A stretch of 45,683 nt of DNA from Toensbergia leucococca. Lineage: Eukaryota. The notes beneath the pieces are model-generated. The model ran no database searches, was not told where the DNA came from, and was given only the letters and a program-made list of their open reading frames with translations. The DNA is taken from NCBI GenBank assembly GCA_022813965.1, contig JALDZS010000184.1:1-45683 (forward strand), given 5' to 3'. Made by a program: the position numbers and the translations under genes. Below, piece after piece: positions 12,005-24,341 of this stretch (positions are counted from its first letter, which is position 1; each line of letters opens with the position of its first letter).

Positions 12005-13802
12005 ATGACGTCTGAAATGTCTGGTGAGCAGATGCAAACCCGGATCGCCTCTGCTAGGCGCGACGCAGAAGGCCTCAAAGACAAGATCAAGCGTAAGAAA
12101 GAAGACCTTGGAGACAACTCGTGTAAGTACCAATACTGTCGTATCCGAAGAATGTCACACTTGAAAATCTTAGTCAACATGCTTTCCTATGCTTTGAGCT
12201 TTGGCTGATGATTCTGCACTGTAGTACGTCAATTAGCTCACAGCCATACCGAGCAATTACCTCGAATTGGCATGAAACCGCGTCGGATACTCAAAGGGCA
12301 TTTGGCTAAAATCTATGCAATGCACTGGTCCACCGATCGGCGGCATCTGGTATCGGCTTCTCAAGACGGCAAGCTCATCATCTGGGATGCGTATACGACG
12401 AATAAAGTATTCGCCATTCCTCTCCGCTCTTCCTGGGTGATGACCTGTGCGTATGCCCCTAGTGGCAACTACGTAGCTTGTGGTGGTCTTGACAACATCT
12501 GCTCTGTATACAACCTCTCCCAGCGTGATGGGCCCACCCGTGTTGCTCGCGAGCTTTCTGGCCACTCTGGCTATCTCTCGTGCTGTCGTTTCATTAACGA
12601 TCGTCGTATCCTGACATCCTCTGGCGATATGACATGCATGATGTGGGATATCGAGACTGGCTCGAAAGTTACCGAATTCGCCGACCACCTGGGGGACGTG
12701 ATGAGCCTTAGCATTAACCCTACCAATCAGAACGTCTTTGTTTCTGGAGCTTGCGATGCTTTTGCAAAACTGTGGGACATCCGCACAGGCAAGGCCGTCC
12801 AGACATTCGCTGGCCACGAGTCTGACATCAATGCGGTCCAATTTTTCCCGGACGGTCAAGCTTTCGGTACCGGATCTGATGATGCTACATGCCGACTTTT
12901 TGATATCCGTGCCGATCGTGAAGTTAACTCGTATTCCGTAAGTATTGCCCTAATCTTCTTTTCTAAACTTTCCACATCTACTTCCTTTGCTCTTGCGAGT
13001 ATACTCGTAAGCTCCGAGGAATACTCTATCTTAATCGCTTTCCCGACCTATGGGAGATTTCAAGAATATTAGGAGCGTCTGGCGTTGTTTCTGGGGTACC
13101 AGTGTCCCCAGAGGACGTCTTGAGGGACACTAAGAACCCTGGTCTCGGTAAATTTGCTATCAAATGTTCGCAAACGTCTGATGTGCTTGGTTTTACTACT
13201 ATACTGGCCTCTATGCTTTGCAGTCCATTTTTCTTTTAACCACAAAAGCTGGCGCGTCTTTACCACAGCCTTTGTCATGGATTCCGCCATTGTTCCCTAC
13301 CACTTCAGTTGGCTTCTTTTTTCCCTATGGGTTTCGTGTGAAAACTTCCAAGACATCAAACTAATTTATGCTCGATATCCTAGAATGACCAGATCCTTTG
13401 TGGCATCACATCAGTAGCCTTCTCGGTATCTGGACGATTGCTCTTTGCTGGATACGACGACTTCGAGTGCAAGGTTAGTCGATTCCCCTGTCTTCATATA
13501 CACGTGAGATTATCGGCGTTTTGTGTTTGGCTATTCGCCGAGATTCGGCTTGATCGATATGCTAATTGTTTATGATAGGTCTGGGATGTTCTAAGAGGCG
13601 AACGTGTAGGGAGTTTAAATGGCCATGAAAATCGGGTCAGCTGTCTGGGTGTAAGCAACGATGGTATTAGCCTGTGTACTGGATCTTGGGACTCTCTTGT
13701 AAGTTGTCTCCCTTGATTTGGTTTTGCACCTAGTACCACGTTTTCTCGCTTTACCTGGCTGATCTATGTTCTCCGACGTAGCTCAAGGTATGGGCTTGGT
13801 AA
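12005..13802 (+). CDS. sfaD: Heterotrimeric G-protein beta subunit (SfaD/GNB-1/Gpb1); exons 12005-12122, 12225-12937, 13384-13473, 13579-13698, 13782-13802
   Basis: N-terminal coiled coil; WD40 repeats [62 protein letters not shown], ending LKVWAW*. All four introns GT-AG and keep frame. Confidence 0.96.
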
Positions 13803-15729
13803 ACTCGGCGACTTGCTCGCTGGATGCAGAAGTTGAGGACTGTACGCTGGACCTATCTACCGCAAAATTTAGTGCTACCAGACTTTCTCCCTTGCGGTTG
13901 AAAGGTACATTAGCAAATGTTCAGTTTCAGTTCTTAAAGTTAAATCTCGGACACTTCCTGACGGGGACGTGGTGGAACGAGACACGAAGAAACGATAATT
14001 CTCGATAGCGCGAACCTGGAGTTGATACGCCTGCTCATATGGGCTCTACAACCTTCTTCATTGTACTATGGATCATGGCAGGATCTTGTGCTCTTCAATT
14101 TACTTTCAGTAGATCGCAGTTTACGGGCACAACATACCATTCCCGGCCCTACTGTACGTTCTGTTCCTCATGCATCAAAAGTCTCACTGTCGGGAAGTCT
14201 CTGAAGGATCAGTCCGCTTTTCTAGGCCTGCTTATGCGGGCGTTTTCTTTCCTTCAACATCCACGGCGACGCTGTGGTAGACGGTTGGTTAGTGTTGATA
14301 GTTCGGACGTTTCTCTTCAATAGTCTTTAGCATTGCCCTTGCGTCTGGATACCATGAACCTTGTCTAAATTTCGCATACCGAGCTGGCACGGTGCTGATT
14401 GAAGGATTTTTCAAATGGCAACAATTCTCATGTGGTATGTTTGGCAAGTCAGTATCCAGTGAGCCTTATGGTCCTGCTTTCATGGTACCAGGGCCTGCAA
14501 GCAAGGTCCTGTCAAGTGATATGCCAACGGGGAAGTGGGCTTCTTGTACTCTTCTTCTCTTATGTCTCGGCACCTTTATATTACTTATGTTTCATAGTAT
14601 GCATTGTGACTCCATTTACTACAACGTCCACGAGCTACGGGCATCATTTCAAACTTACTCGCTGCGTTAAATAGTGTTACATAGACTATACACAAATTAA
14701 AAATCTTGATACGATTTCTGAGGTCGGCACGAGGATTCAAGGTGTGACAGCGATAGTATTTATGGCTACAAATACACCGCCATGATTACCGTGCCTAGTT
14801 AAGAGGGAGGGTGGCATAACTGGCGCGCTCAAGTGTGCTCCTGGCAGCCCATTCCCCTTTAGCGTGATGCCAATGGCTTCCACCAGTCACGAGAGTGTTG
14901 AAGGAACGGGGACAGTTGGATGTACGCGTGTATGCGTCATCAAAGAAGGCCGACGAAGAGTGAGAGTACAAGTCATGCTAGAGGCATGAAGAGATTAGGT
15001 TTGGCGAGCGAGTCAGAACACGAAAATCCGATAGTTGGAAGGGCAGGACTCAAGAGGTTGTAACCCACGAGCCACTCTACTGTGAACCTCCCCATTCGCA
15101 GATGGTGAGTGCTTCAATTCATCCCTGTGGCAAGGCAAAACATGGCTCCTTTGAGTCGAGAGAGGTGTTTGAGGTTGACCAAATGAAACCTCAATGTTGG
15201 AAGAATCCAACGAGTTCACAGCTTCACAATAGCGGCTTTAAATAAGCACGGGTCATGATAAAGGAAGCATATGGAGCAGTTGGATGTAGTCAGCGTCACT
15301 TGATTGATTGTTGTCTTGTTGGCTTGAGCGAGTCACATGCTGTAGAGCCTGTAGGTACTCGATTCATCCGCGTTACATTGCCGTGTGTCGAGGTACCAGT
15401 CTAGTGTATTTGCAAGTGTGGTGGTGTACCTTGTTGGCTACCAAGATCTGCGCCCCGGCAATGCAGCTCGACAATCTTAGCTCTGCCCGTAACAGAATAG
15501 GGGGTGTGGGGGGATCGATGATTTCCAGAAGCATAAAGGGATTCGTATGCCGGGTAGGGTTCAGGGTTGACACGTGCGGCCTGCCGACGTCTCATCCTAG
15601 ACCCAAGCAGTCTTGCCTCCTCCCTCCAATCACCTTCCTCTGATCGCAGCTTCTCCTGGCCCGTCCACTTCCTTAGACTCTAAAGTGAAACACACAGCTC
15701 CTGATATTGTCTGTCGAGCTCCCTCTGCC

Positions 15730-16714
15730 ATGTCATCAGCTGCCCGCCAAGAGTTCGATGCCTTGATCAACAACCAAGACCCCAAGTCAAATCGCCATCC
15801 TGAAGACCTGAACGACGTCTCTGCTTCCGACGACGACAACGACAACGACAACGACAGCACCACCCTACCTTCACCTGACGAACACAGCGACTTTGAACCA
15901 ACCACAATGCCTTCGGCCGTCTGCCACCTCCCCACCTCCACCTTCGATGCCAACACTGGACCAAAAGGTGTCATCGCTGATGCCCTCTCCTTTGAGAAAG
16001 CCAGGAAACGAGGTTTCCGCCAAACGCTACGAGCTCTTTCAGACGCCCAGGCTTCTCTTTTCGGCTACGATAAGAACACGTCTGTGAATTTATCTCACGC
16101 CAAGAGCGCAAGCACCGACGGGAGAGGAACCGATGATGATGATTCGGATGAGGACCAATTCATGCGCACATGGCGGACTAACCGGATGACTGAGCTACAA
16201 AGTATGGGTCAAGATATCAGGACAAGACGGCAGAGCCCTAGTGAGCGCAAATACGGCAGTCTTGATACCGTCGATGCTTCGGGCTACCTGGATGCTATTG
16301 ACAAGGTTCCTATTGGGACTGTGACAATAGTCTGTATATACGACGATCAGGTATGGTGATCACATATGTCAGCCATGAATAGAACTGACGGCAACTTACT
16401 CGTAGTCGCCTACCAGTGGGATGGTCGAAGATGCTTTGCAGAAGCTTGCCCACCAACATGCCACCAGACGTTTTGTAAAACTACACTATCTAGAAGCCGA
16501 TATGGACGAAATCTCTGTGCCGGCGGTCCTGGTATACAAAGACGGCGAGCTGATAGCGAACTTGATATCAGTCATGGAAGAGATCCCCCCTGGCCAAGAA
16601 ATGTCTTCATCCGTCCTGGAGACGATGTTGAAGCAGTAAGTCATCGCCATGCACTGATAGCACCCATGTTTCCGGCCGTCTGACATGGTACGCAGGCATC
16701 AGATTCTTCTCTGA
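15730..16714 (+). CDS. phnA: Phosducin-like protein (PhnA/BDM-1 class, G-beta-gamma chaperone); exons 15730-16350, 16406-16635, 16696-16714
   Basis: Phosducin motif NTGPKGVIADA; acidic DEDQFMRTWRTNRMTEL; thioredoxin-like C terminus RFVKLHY...VPAVLVYKDGELIAN. Confidence 0.9.
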
Positions 16715-18069
16715 AAGATTCAGATGAAGCTATGTTATTGATACGGTGCACAAGACTGGTCCGGAGCATTTAAGAGGAGTTCATGGGGGATGGCGTTGAA
16801 TGGTCATCACAGACACAGAATATTTCTTCTGGGCGGGTGCAACGATACCAATCTAGCGATTTTATGATATCCTCTTCCTACCTATATAGGCCCTGCGATT
16901 TTCCGCCGGTTGTGCGGTTTGTATTTATAAATCCTGCCAATACGTATTCAGATGTATACTTCAAGTCATTCTTACAGACTTTGATGAAAGCACTTGTCTT
17001 GCCTACCCTGCATCTTTTGTCTCTCTCTCTCTTTCAACATCAAAATGACCCGAACCCTGACAGGTGCTTGCAGCCTATGGTAGCAAAAACCACATCTTTC
17101 TAAAATGCCGAAGTACGAACCACTCCTGCAATTCAAACCAGGCACCTACCTATCTACCCACCTTCGTCACCACTTCCGGGCCCGCCAACCCGGTGCAACA
17201 AACGCACCCACCAAGCCAAAGGCCCCCAAGGCGTTACTATCCCCTCGGCGTACCTTGAATCCTCCATCCAAATACCTACCCGAAGAAACCAGACCCCCCA
17301 ATCCAAAAAACCAGGATGCAAACACTCAACACTGTTTACCCTCTCCCCCATCTTTTCAACCTGCCAAAAAAAATGTCTCTGTGCACGAATATCCATACCT
17401 TATCTCTCTCACACTAGCGTTATACGCAGCCCAACAACGCCCCCACAAAAGAAATACAAAGAGGCACCGAAGTTAGATCTCCACCCACTTTTCACACTAT
17501 CCTTGGCCACGGCCACAGCCACTTCAAATCATCCCCATCCCCCCCCCTCCCCTCTGCCCCCCTTTTCAAATCATTGCACAGAAATAGCTCTTATTCCTAA
17601 CTTGAAGCCCACGTACAACCCTGCCCCTATTCTGAAGCAAAATCCCAATGGCTGATTATGAAGAGAATTTGTTTCATTCACACTGTCCATCAACACAAAC
17701 ACATCCCATTTCCTTTTCAGCAGAACACACAAAAACCCTCAAAATCCCAAATTAAAAAAGATGCAAAGAATCAGCCTCCAGACACATCCCATTCCATCCC
17801 CACAATTCCCAATTCCCAATTTTCCCTTCGCTCTCTGCCAACTTAGGTCAGGACTAACTAACTGACTGACTACTAGTTGCGAAAGGAATTGTGTGGAAGG
17901 GGTCTTGATCGGTACCCCGCCACTGGTAAAGGAATATGGTTGTAGGGTGGATTGGTAGGGTGGTGCGGTGCATCTGCCTCATTCCAAGTACGTGGAGTTG
18001 ATCGAATTGACTGGCTTGGAGAGTGGGTTTTGTCCTGGGGCTTGGTTCTGGTGGCTGTGTTGGCGCTTT

Positions 18070-18089
18070 GGGGGGGGGGGGGGGGGGGG
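18070..18089 (+). repeat. G20 homopolymer inside a G-rich low-complexity tract
   Basis: 20 consecutive G; further G runs up to ~18270. Confidence 0.9.
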
Positions 18090-18666
18090 TGGAATCTGCG
18101 CGGTTGGGAGCTGGGTTTTGTGGAGAGGGTGTGGGGGGCTCGGGGTGTGGAGGTGTGGGGGGGGGAAATGGGCCAAGAAAGATCTCTCTCAAATGGCTCG
18201 AAGAGGGCGCAGTTTTTTTTTCCCCAGCTAGTGGGAAGTGAGGTGGGGAGTTGGTATGGGGAGGGGTGAAGGAGGTTGGCTTCAGAGGTATCTTGGGAGT
18301 CGATCACCTATATTTGTTTGCGGATTGTATTTCATTTCATCAGTGCTTCAATTGCTCAACGAACACAGGCGAGGTTCAGAAGATAGAATCAGCATTCAAA
18401 AGCTATAGTACATGTGAATAGATACCGGGAATCTCTAGACTTTCCAGCGTATATCCATGGCCAGGAATTGGATGGCCAATGAAAAACCTTGTTTCGGAAT
18501 CCTCTGCAGCGTTCGACTGTCTGATCGAAGAGTAGGCTGTCTCGTTCTGAAAGGCACCCGAATACATTCACTCCTCCTCAACGGCCTCCCGGGCACCAAA
18601 TAGAGCTAGCAGAGAAACGTTTTTGGAGATTTGCGCAAGGCGGGCTTTTTGAGCTTGGGTTCAACC

Positions 18667-19768
18667 TCACGATCCGACTTTTTCTTGAGAGAAGTCCCAG
18701 AGCATTCGCACGAGGTGGTCAGGCAGGGTGTACAGATCAACGCTGAATTCGCCCTCTATATCGCAATAGTCAGTCCCGCACCATTGGCCGCATTAGCAAG
18801 AGGACAAGACTCACGTTCGACATCATTTTTCGTGTATGTATCAGGAGTCTTGTGGTCATGCACCCACTGCACCACCTGTAAAAGGTCGTCCTCTCCCAGC
18901 TTTTGCAGGTTCTCGGCCAACTTCTCCATGTCAATCTGTTAGTTGATAGGTTAGCTCCTTCTCTACAAAGGTGGGTTATGATTTTAAGTTGCTGCGATTC
19001 AATCATACCGATTTGTCTTTCTTCTTCTTCTTCGCGCCATCATCACCTCGTTTCGGCTTCACTCCGTTTTCATCTCCATAGGTAGGCCCTGTTTCTTTAA
19101 GGGCGGCCAGCAGGCCAGGCTTGGGGTTTTTGAATGTCTGCAGCAACGAATGTCACCAGTCAATGACTTGTAACACTTTGTGCCTGAAAATAGACTCGGA
19201 TTGGAACCCACCACTGTATGCTTGGCCTCATATCGATTGTTCTGGAAATTCAAATCGTGTTGAAGAGCATGATCGCCGCCTTTATCCATGGTCGAGAGGA
19301 CTATCTCCATGTCAAATTCACCCCATCCTTCCTCCTCAATCCTGAATGGTTGGCGTTTGAACGCTAGACACGGCGCGCTCGATCAGTATCTGACCATTGC
19401 CCGCGTCTGAGGCTTTGAAAGAGATTCTTGAGAATACTGCGTACTCTGGACTTGGCGGGCTTCAAAGGAAGGATGCAGCTTGTACACGGCCTTCTCAAAG
19501 ATTGTGGCAGGTACGTCTTCATTGCGTTCGTTCACGACAAAGATTTGGATGTTCCATCGGCGCAGAGGGAAGCCTTCGACCCCAGACGGTTTGTCGCTGC
19601 ACAAGAGTCAAGTCAGAGACTGGCAACAAGTGAGACGGAAGTGAGGCTACATGATCTTCTGTTCGGTCACAATCTTGATGGTGCGCTTGACCTGGAACCA
19701 ATGTCATGTCGTCAGCTCTTCGTCCACCGCTGACTGAGGCGGGAGGGAAGTTGGCTTACTTCGGGCAT
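18667..19768 (-). CDS. TAF14: YEATS-domain protein Taf14/Tfg3 (TFIID/TFIIF subunit), multi-exon
   Basis: MPE|VKRTIKIVTEQ...EGFPLRRWNI...YKLHPSF...PFRIQEEGWGEFDM; C-terminal ET domain GEFSVDLYTLPDHLVRMLWDF. Confidence 0.92.
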
Positions 19769-20255
19769 GTTGCGCGTCTATAGTGCCGCGACGCTGATGA
19801 GCAGGATGATTGCTCGATTGGAGATCCGCGCAGGAACGACGATGGCGGGGTTTGACCAGGATCGAAGGCCTAAGGTACCTTAGTCCAGGTACAGTTTCGA
19901 TGGTTTGGAACTTATAATTTACCGCCTACTTAATTTTGCATTCGGTAATGTACGAGCAGTCAACTATCACCACTTCAAGAGCATAGGCATTCAAAGCAAA
20001 ATATAAAGAGGAGCATCTTTCTCATAATTCATAATGGCTGCTTAGGAGGCTCTGCTATGCTGAAGTAGACCATGAAAAACAGGTCGCTAGGGAATCATGG
20101 TGATGAATGGGGTGTATTCCAGCCATCTAGCCTCGATGGTTGTGATGTTGATCGTCCAGAACCCGTTTTCCCCCGGCTCGACCATCGTCACCATATCCTG
20201 GTCGACGAATGTTGTCTGGGTTTGTTGCTCTTCTCAAGACTCTCGATCGCCGTAC

Positions 20256-21201
20256 CTATTCCTGTTGGAACAATGCCTCGTTCTCTTGCTGCGCCTTCAC
20301 AAAGGCATCCTTGAAGAGGTTTGCATCTGAAGACTCATGGTCAGCGTGCCTCCAATAAGTCATAGATGTGAAGACCGCACTTTCACTATTTGCAAATCTT
20401 ATAGCAAGGGTTTGAGCCTCTGGCTCCCCTTCGCTCACGTCTGCAGCCGCATTCCAGACCCAGCTTCGATCGCTGCCCACGTTCGGCGAAAGCTTCATAT
20501 CAGGAACAACTGTGATGGTTCAGCTTATGCTCATGCAATTTTCGAAGTCGAGTGTCTCGCAATACCGTAATGATTCGCGCACACCTTTAGGGTCTTGTCT
20601 CTCCTCATGACCAGTCTTGTCTTGCCGTTGTCCTTGTGCTTCAATAATCTGACATCGCCAGTACCACGCTCTTTCCATTCTCTGGACTCGCGGTCGAACT
20701 TGAAGAGTTTCGCCCGCATCTTGAAAGTCTGCTCTTCTAGCTCTTCGTTGGTTTTGGTGTCCACTTTTTCGGTAAGATGTACGACCGGCTCAAAATGGAC
20801 GTCTGGAGATTCTGGGGCTTCATCCTATTGGGCAAATCAGTAATCGTAGTATGGTGCTGGAACAATAACGTCTAGCAAAATTGCAAGCTTACCTCAGCCT
20901 CAGCATCGGCATCCTTCTTTGCCTTGGAAGAGCCAGATGCTTCTTCTGGATCATCTGGAGTCTCTTCCTTTTTTTCCTTCTTTGCTCCTCCACCAAACAT
21001 TGAGAACATGTTGTCCTTCACTCCAGCAGCAGCGCTAGTAGCCATCTCCGTGAACGATGACTGCCTCTCAGCGACTGTAGAGTTGTCCTGGGTATCTTTG
21101 GAGTCGGTTGTAATTTCGGGTCCCTGTTGAGAGAGCTTCGATTCACTAGAAACAGATTGCTCATCTGCACCCTCTACTTTGGGGTCGGAGCTGGCAGACA
21201 T
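20256..21201 (-). CDS. YRB1: Ran-binding protein 1 (RanBP1/Yrb1), multi-exon
   Basis: HFEPVVHL...[31 protein letters not shown]...[14 protein letters not shown]...SDRSWVW...LAIRFANSE (RanBD). Confidence 0.93.
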
Positions 21202-21680
21202 GCTTGCGATTAATCAGACGTAGATTGTAGTTATTGCAATGTTCCCTAGGAAGTCGATAAGATCATAGGCGCTGGATAGTCAATAGGGTGGGTATGCAAT
21301 TTGTGCGTCGTGAAGAAGGTCGAGAATACTAATTATTCACTCTCGCTCTCGGCTAGAATAACCTATCCTAGCACTGACGACTCCAAGTGACCAGTAAGTC
21401 TCGGGCCCTCATTTTTATTGGTGCATGAATTTTGATCTTGACAAAGCTACATGGCATCATTGTTTGGTCCTCTCACTGCGCATGAAGCCTTTCATGAAGT
21501 ACTGCAGCATATGAAGAAGTCTCGTAAAACATTGGCCATAAAGCAACTCCTGGAACAAGTACCTCCCCTGAAGCCCCTGAGCCCCTGAGCTCCAGAACCT
21601 TCCGATCACCTCCCAGTACATAAAACCAATATTATAAAACCCATCAAACGCCGTCAAATCTTGGCGTGCAAATTGTCATC

Positions 21681-24341
21681 CTATCTACTTCCTCCTCTCT
21701 TTGACTTGTGTTTATGCGTATGTGTTGCCCGATTGACCATATTGTTCGATGCTCTCTTCTTAGGTAATCCACTTATCTTCCACCAAAACTTTAGAGCGCT
21801 CTTCTGACTCTTCCTTAAGTGTGTCTTGCTAGACTCTTGAACTCCACGGGAGATCGCTTTGAGTGTCTGAACACTAGTCGCCTGAGATAGCAGACGCGTT
21901 TGACGAGAGACTATGGACGTGGTCTCGCGGGCACGGGTGGCGACATTGTGGCGAAACGTCGCCAACTGCAGTGATAATTCCTTGGAAGCTATGACGCCTC
22001 GGCCGATTTTCTCAGAAACATCGCGGGTCAGTCTCGTTGCCTGCTCCACCAAAAGATCTGTTGTCCTTGTGGTTTCTTTTAGAGACGTAAGACCTATCTT
22101 TCTAGCTTCCTTTCGATACTCAATAGCCTTCCTGACTGTATATTGCATCAGAGTCTGAAGTTCCGTGCTCGTATTGCTATAATAGATGCTTAAGCTTGTT
22201 TGCGCCGAATTCAAATCTTCACGCATTGATCGGGTCACAACCTGTGCCGCTTTCATCCAGCCAGCCACTTTCAGCCACGGAGTACCAAAATCTACTTGGA
22301 AACTCTCAGTTATCTTTGGCTTTGTTGTTGTCCAAACCGTTACGTTGAGGGTGCCGTGGGCATCTTCACGGCTGACTTTCAATGCGTACACCCCATCGAA
22401 GAGTGTCGAGACCTGGTGTTCCATGACAGCATCCTTACGAGTGACCTTGAAAGATAATTTTGGAGCCTTTCTTAAACGCGTGAACCAATGCGGCGGCCTC
22501 AGCACTATGTGGCAGTCTCCAATGACGTGTACTTTGAAATTTTCCGACTTATTGGGAGCTAAAGTGTGTGGATCCAATAGAAAAGAGGCGAGGTCAGTGT
22601 TGCTGTGAACAGTTGATATGCTTCTAATTAATGATGACTGAGCTGGAAGAGATGATGACATGCTGGGAATTATACCAGGAGTACTCGAAACCGAAATAGA
22701 CCTCAAACTCGCAATCGATTCGCAGGCGCTCGATCCGGGAGTTGTAGCAATATTCTTCATCGTCTCCATGCCAATAGAAAGAATCGGGTTTCTCTGTAAG
22801 CTGAAAGCAGCAGCTAGATAAATTATTGCAAGGAAGAGAACAGAGCTACAAGCGACGAGCGATCTGATCTCTGGTGGGATGTGCGTGCGAATGTATTTCG
22901 AAGCCTTGGAAATACCGAAAGGAACATGAGGGTCTTCTCCGACAACAGTCACAGCTTCCTGGTGCCGCAAGCTGTTCGCGTGTCGAGACTGCAACGGACC
23001 TTGGGCAACAGCAAGGCATGCCAAATTTCTATTCATTTGACCTGCATCAAGGTCTAGAAATGTTGATAAATCGATTGGTAAACGTTTGACGACTCGACAC
23101 TTTGCGGTTCCCGAGCCATTGGACTCGAGGCATAGGTGTGGGGTCATGTAATCCAACGTAATGGCCTCGGTAGGCTTGCTCCAAAGTGGAGTCTGTGAAA
23201 TTACTATAGATGGTACGTTGTGCCGAGCCATTAGAGATCGAGCAAAGCGTCGGGTCTGTTTCGTTGTAATCCCATCGTTGTCTGAAAGATAGAAAACTGC
23301 CAGGTCAGGAAGCGCCCAGTTGTTCGAAGTAACAAATTTGGACCCAAGCCAGGATGACTCAACGAGAGTCTGATCGGATAAGGTCATACGAATTGTATCA
23401 TTACCTCCGTCCCTTCTCGCAAAGGAGGCGGAGGCACAATCCTCAACGCTGAGTTCTAGACCTGTGGAGTCAATAAGGACTACTTCTGGAGATGTCCCAT
23501 CCCCAAAAGAAGAGATCGGAATGACGTTGAATTTTGATGATCTAGCCTTTTCTGGTTCAAGAGTCGAGGTCTTTAGCGATACAGCCAATGCTGTGCCTAA
23601 TTTCTGTATGATAGATTCCTTCGCTGAAGTATGGCCAATGTAGAGTACTTTATACGGCTCTTCCGGAGACAGACCACCACTGGTCATCGTCTGCCTGATA
23701 TTGGCAACGACTTGTTTTGGAGGAGGATCCATCCGATTCTGAGTAAACATTTCAGGTATCTGATACTCTTGAAAGACCTTCAGAGTACGTGAGACATCAA
23801 TGAACCTAGCAGTATTTACGCCGGTAGTCTTTGGTTCTTCGAACTCGATCGATGGCTGTCTGTCTTGCTTATTTCCCGGAATTTGGCCGGGATATCCCTC
23901 ATTTATCAATGTCGTACTCTCATCTTCCCGACAAGCACCTTCCAACTTCGAAGAGTGCCCAGACTCTGAAGAAAATCGAATTTCATTGGGATGGATTTCT
24001 CTTTGGCCCACTTCCGTAAAGGCAGTACTATGCAAAGTGCGGCGGATATGGTCATGTTCAATGTCTTGTTCATCGTTCGAAGAAGACGACTGCGTTGAAG
24101 GACCGTGGTCATCATCATCAGAGGTGACGACACTCTTGTCGTCTATGAACTCGTAAGCACTGTCTCCTAGCGAGCTGGCAGTGTCGTCGAAGGAGCTATC
24201 ATCCGGATACGCGGCCATGGCGAGGCTCTCGGAATGCGTCAGGCAGCTTACGGAAGTATCATTTACAAGCAGAGTTGGAAATTGGAGGGCGACGGTGGTG
24301 GAGTCTTGATGGCCGAGGCACTCTTCCTGAGGTGGCTGCAT
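21681..24341 (-). CDS. Uncharacterised single-pass membrane protein (886 aa; alternative start ATG at 24218)
   Basis: 2.66 kb uninterrupted ORF; acidic N terminus, globular middle, hydrophobic LVACSSVLFLAIIYLAAAFSL, beta-rich then helical C terminus. Confidence 0.8.
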   Translation of the reverse strand: MQPPQEECLGHQDSTTVALQFPTLLVNDTSVSCLTHSESLAMAAYPDDSSFDDTASSLGDSAYEFIDDKSVVTSDDDDHGPSTQSSSSNDEQDIEHDHIRRTLHSTAFTEVGQREIHPNEIRFSSESGHSSKLEGACREDESTTLINEGYPGQIPGNKQDRQPSIEFEEPKTTGVNTARFIDVSRTLKVFQEYQIPEMFTQNRMDPPPKQVVANIRQTMTSGGLSPEEPYKVLYIGHTSAKESIIQKLGTALAVSLKTSTLEPEKARSSKFNVIPISSFGDGTSPEVVLIDSTGLELSVEDCASASFARRDGGNDTIRMTLSDQTLVESSWLGSKFVTSNNWALPDLAVFYLSDNDGITTKQTRRFARSLMARHNVPSIVISQTPLWSKPTEAITLDYMTPHLCLESNGSGTAKCRVVKRLPIDLSTFLDLDAGQMNRNLACLAVAQGPLQSRHANSLRHQEAVTVVGEDPHVPFGISKASKYIRTHIPPEIRSLVACSSVLFLAIIYLAAAFSLQRNPILSIGMETMKNIATTPGSSACESIASLRSISVSSTPGIIPSMSSSLPAQSSLIRSISTVHSNTDLASFLLDPHTLAPNKSENFKVHVIGDCHIVLRPPHWFTRLRKAPKLSFKVTRKDAVMEHQVSTLFDGVYALKVSREDAHGTLNVTVWTTTKPKITESFQVDFGTPWLKVAGWMKAAQVVTRSMREDLNSAQTSLSIYYSNTSTELQTLMQYTVRKAIEYRKEARKIGLTSLKETTRTTDLLVEQATRLTRDVSEKIGRGVIASKELSLQLATFRHNVATRARETTSIVSRQTRLLSQATSVQTLKAISRGVQESSKTHLRKSQKSALKFWWKISGLPKKRASNNMVNRATHTHKHKSKRGGSR

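Noticed and set aside
12257..12859. 200-aa antisense ORF over G-beta
   Set aside because: Shadow frame of a codon-biased conserved gene.
13150..13182. CTGA as a box D of an intronic C/D snoRNA
   Set aside because: No matching RTGATGA box C or terminal stem found upstream.
17854..18307. Pro-rich and Gly-rich ORFs
   Set aside because: By-products of the G/C homopolymer tract.
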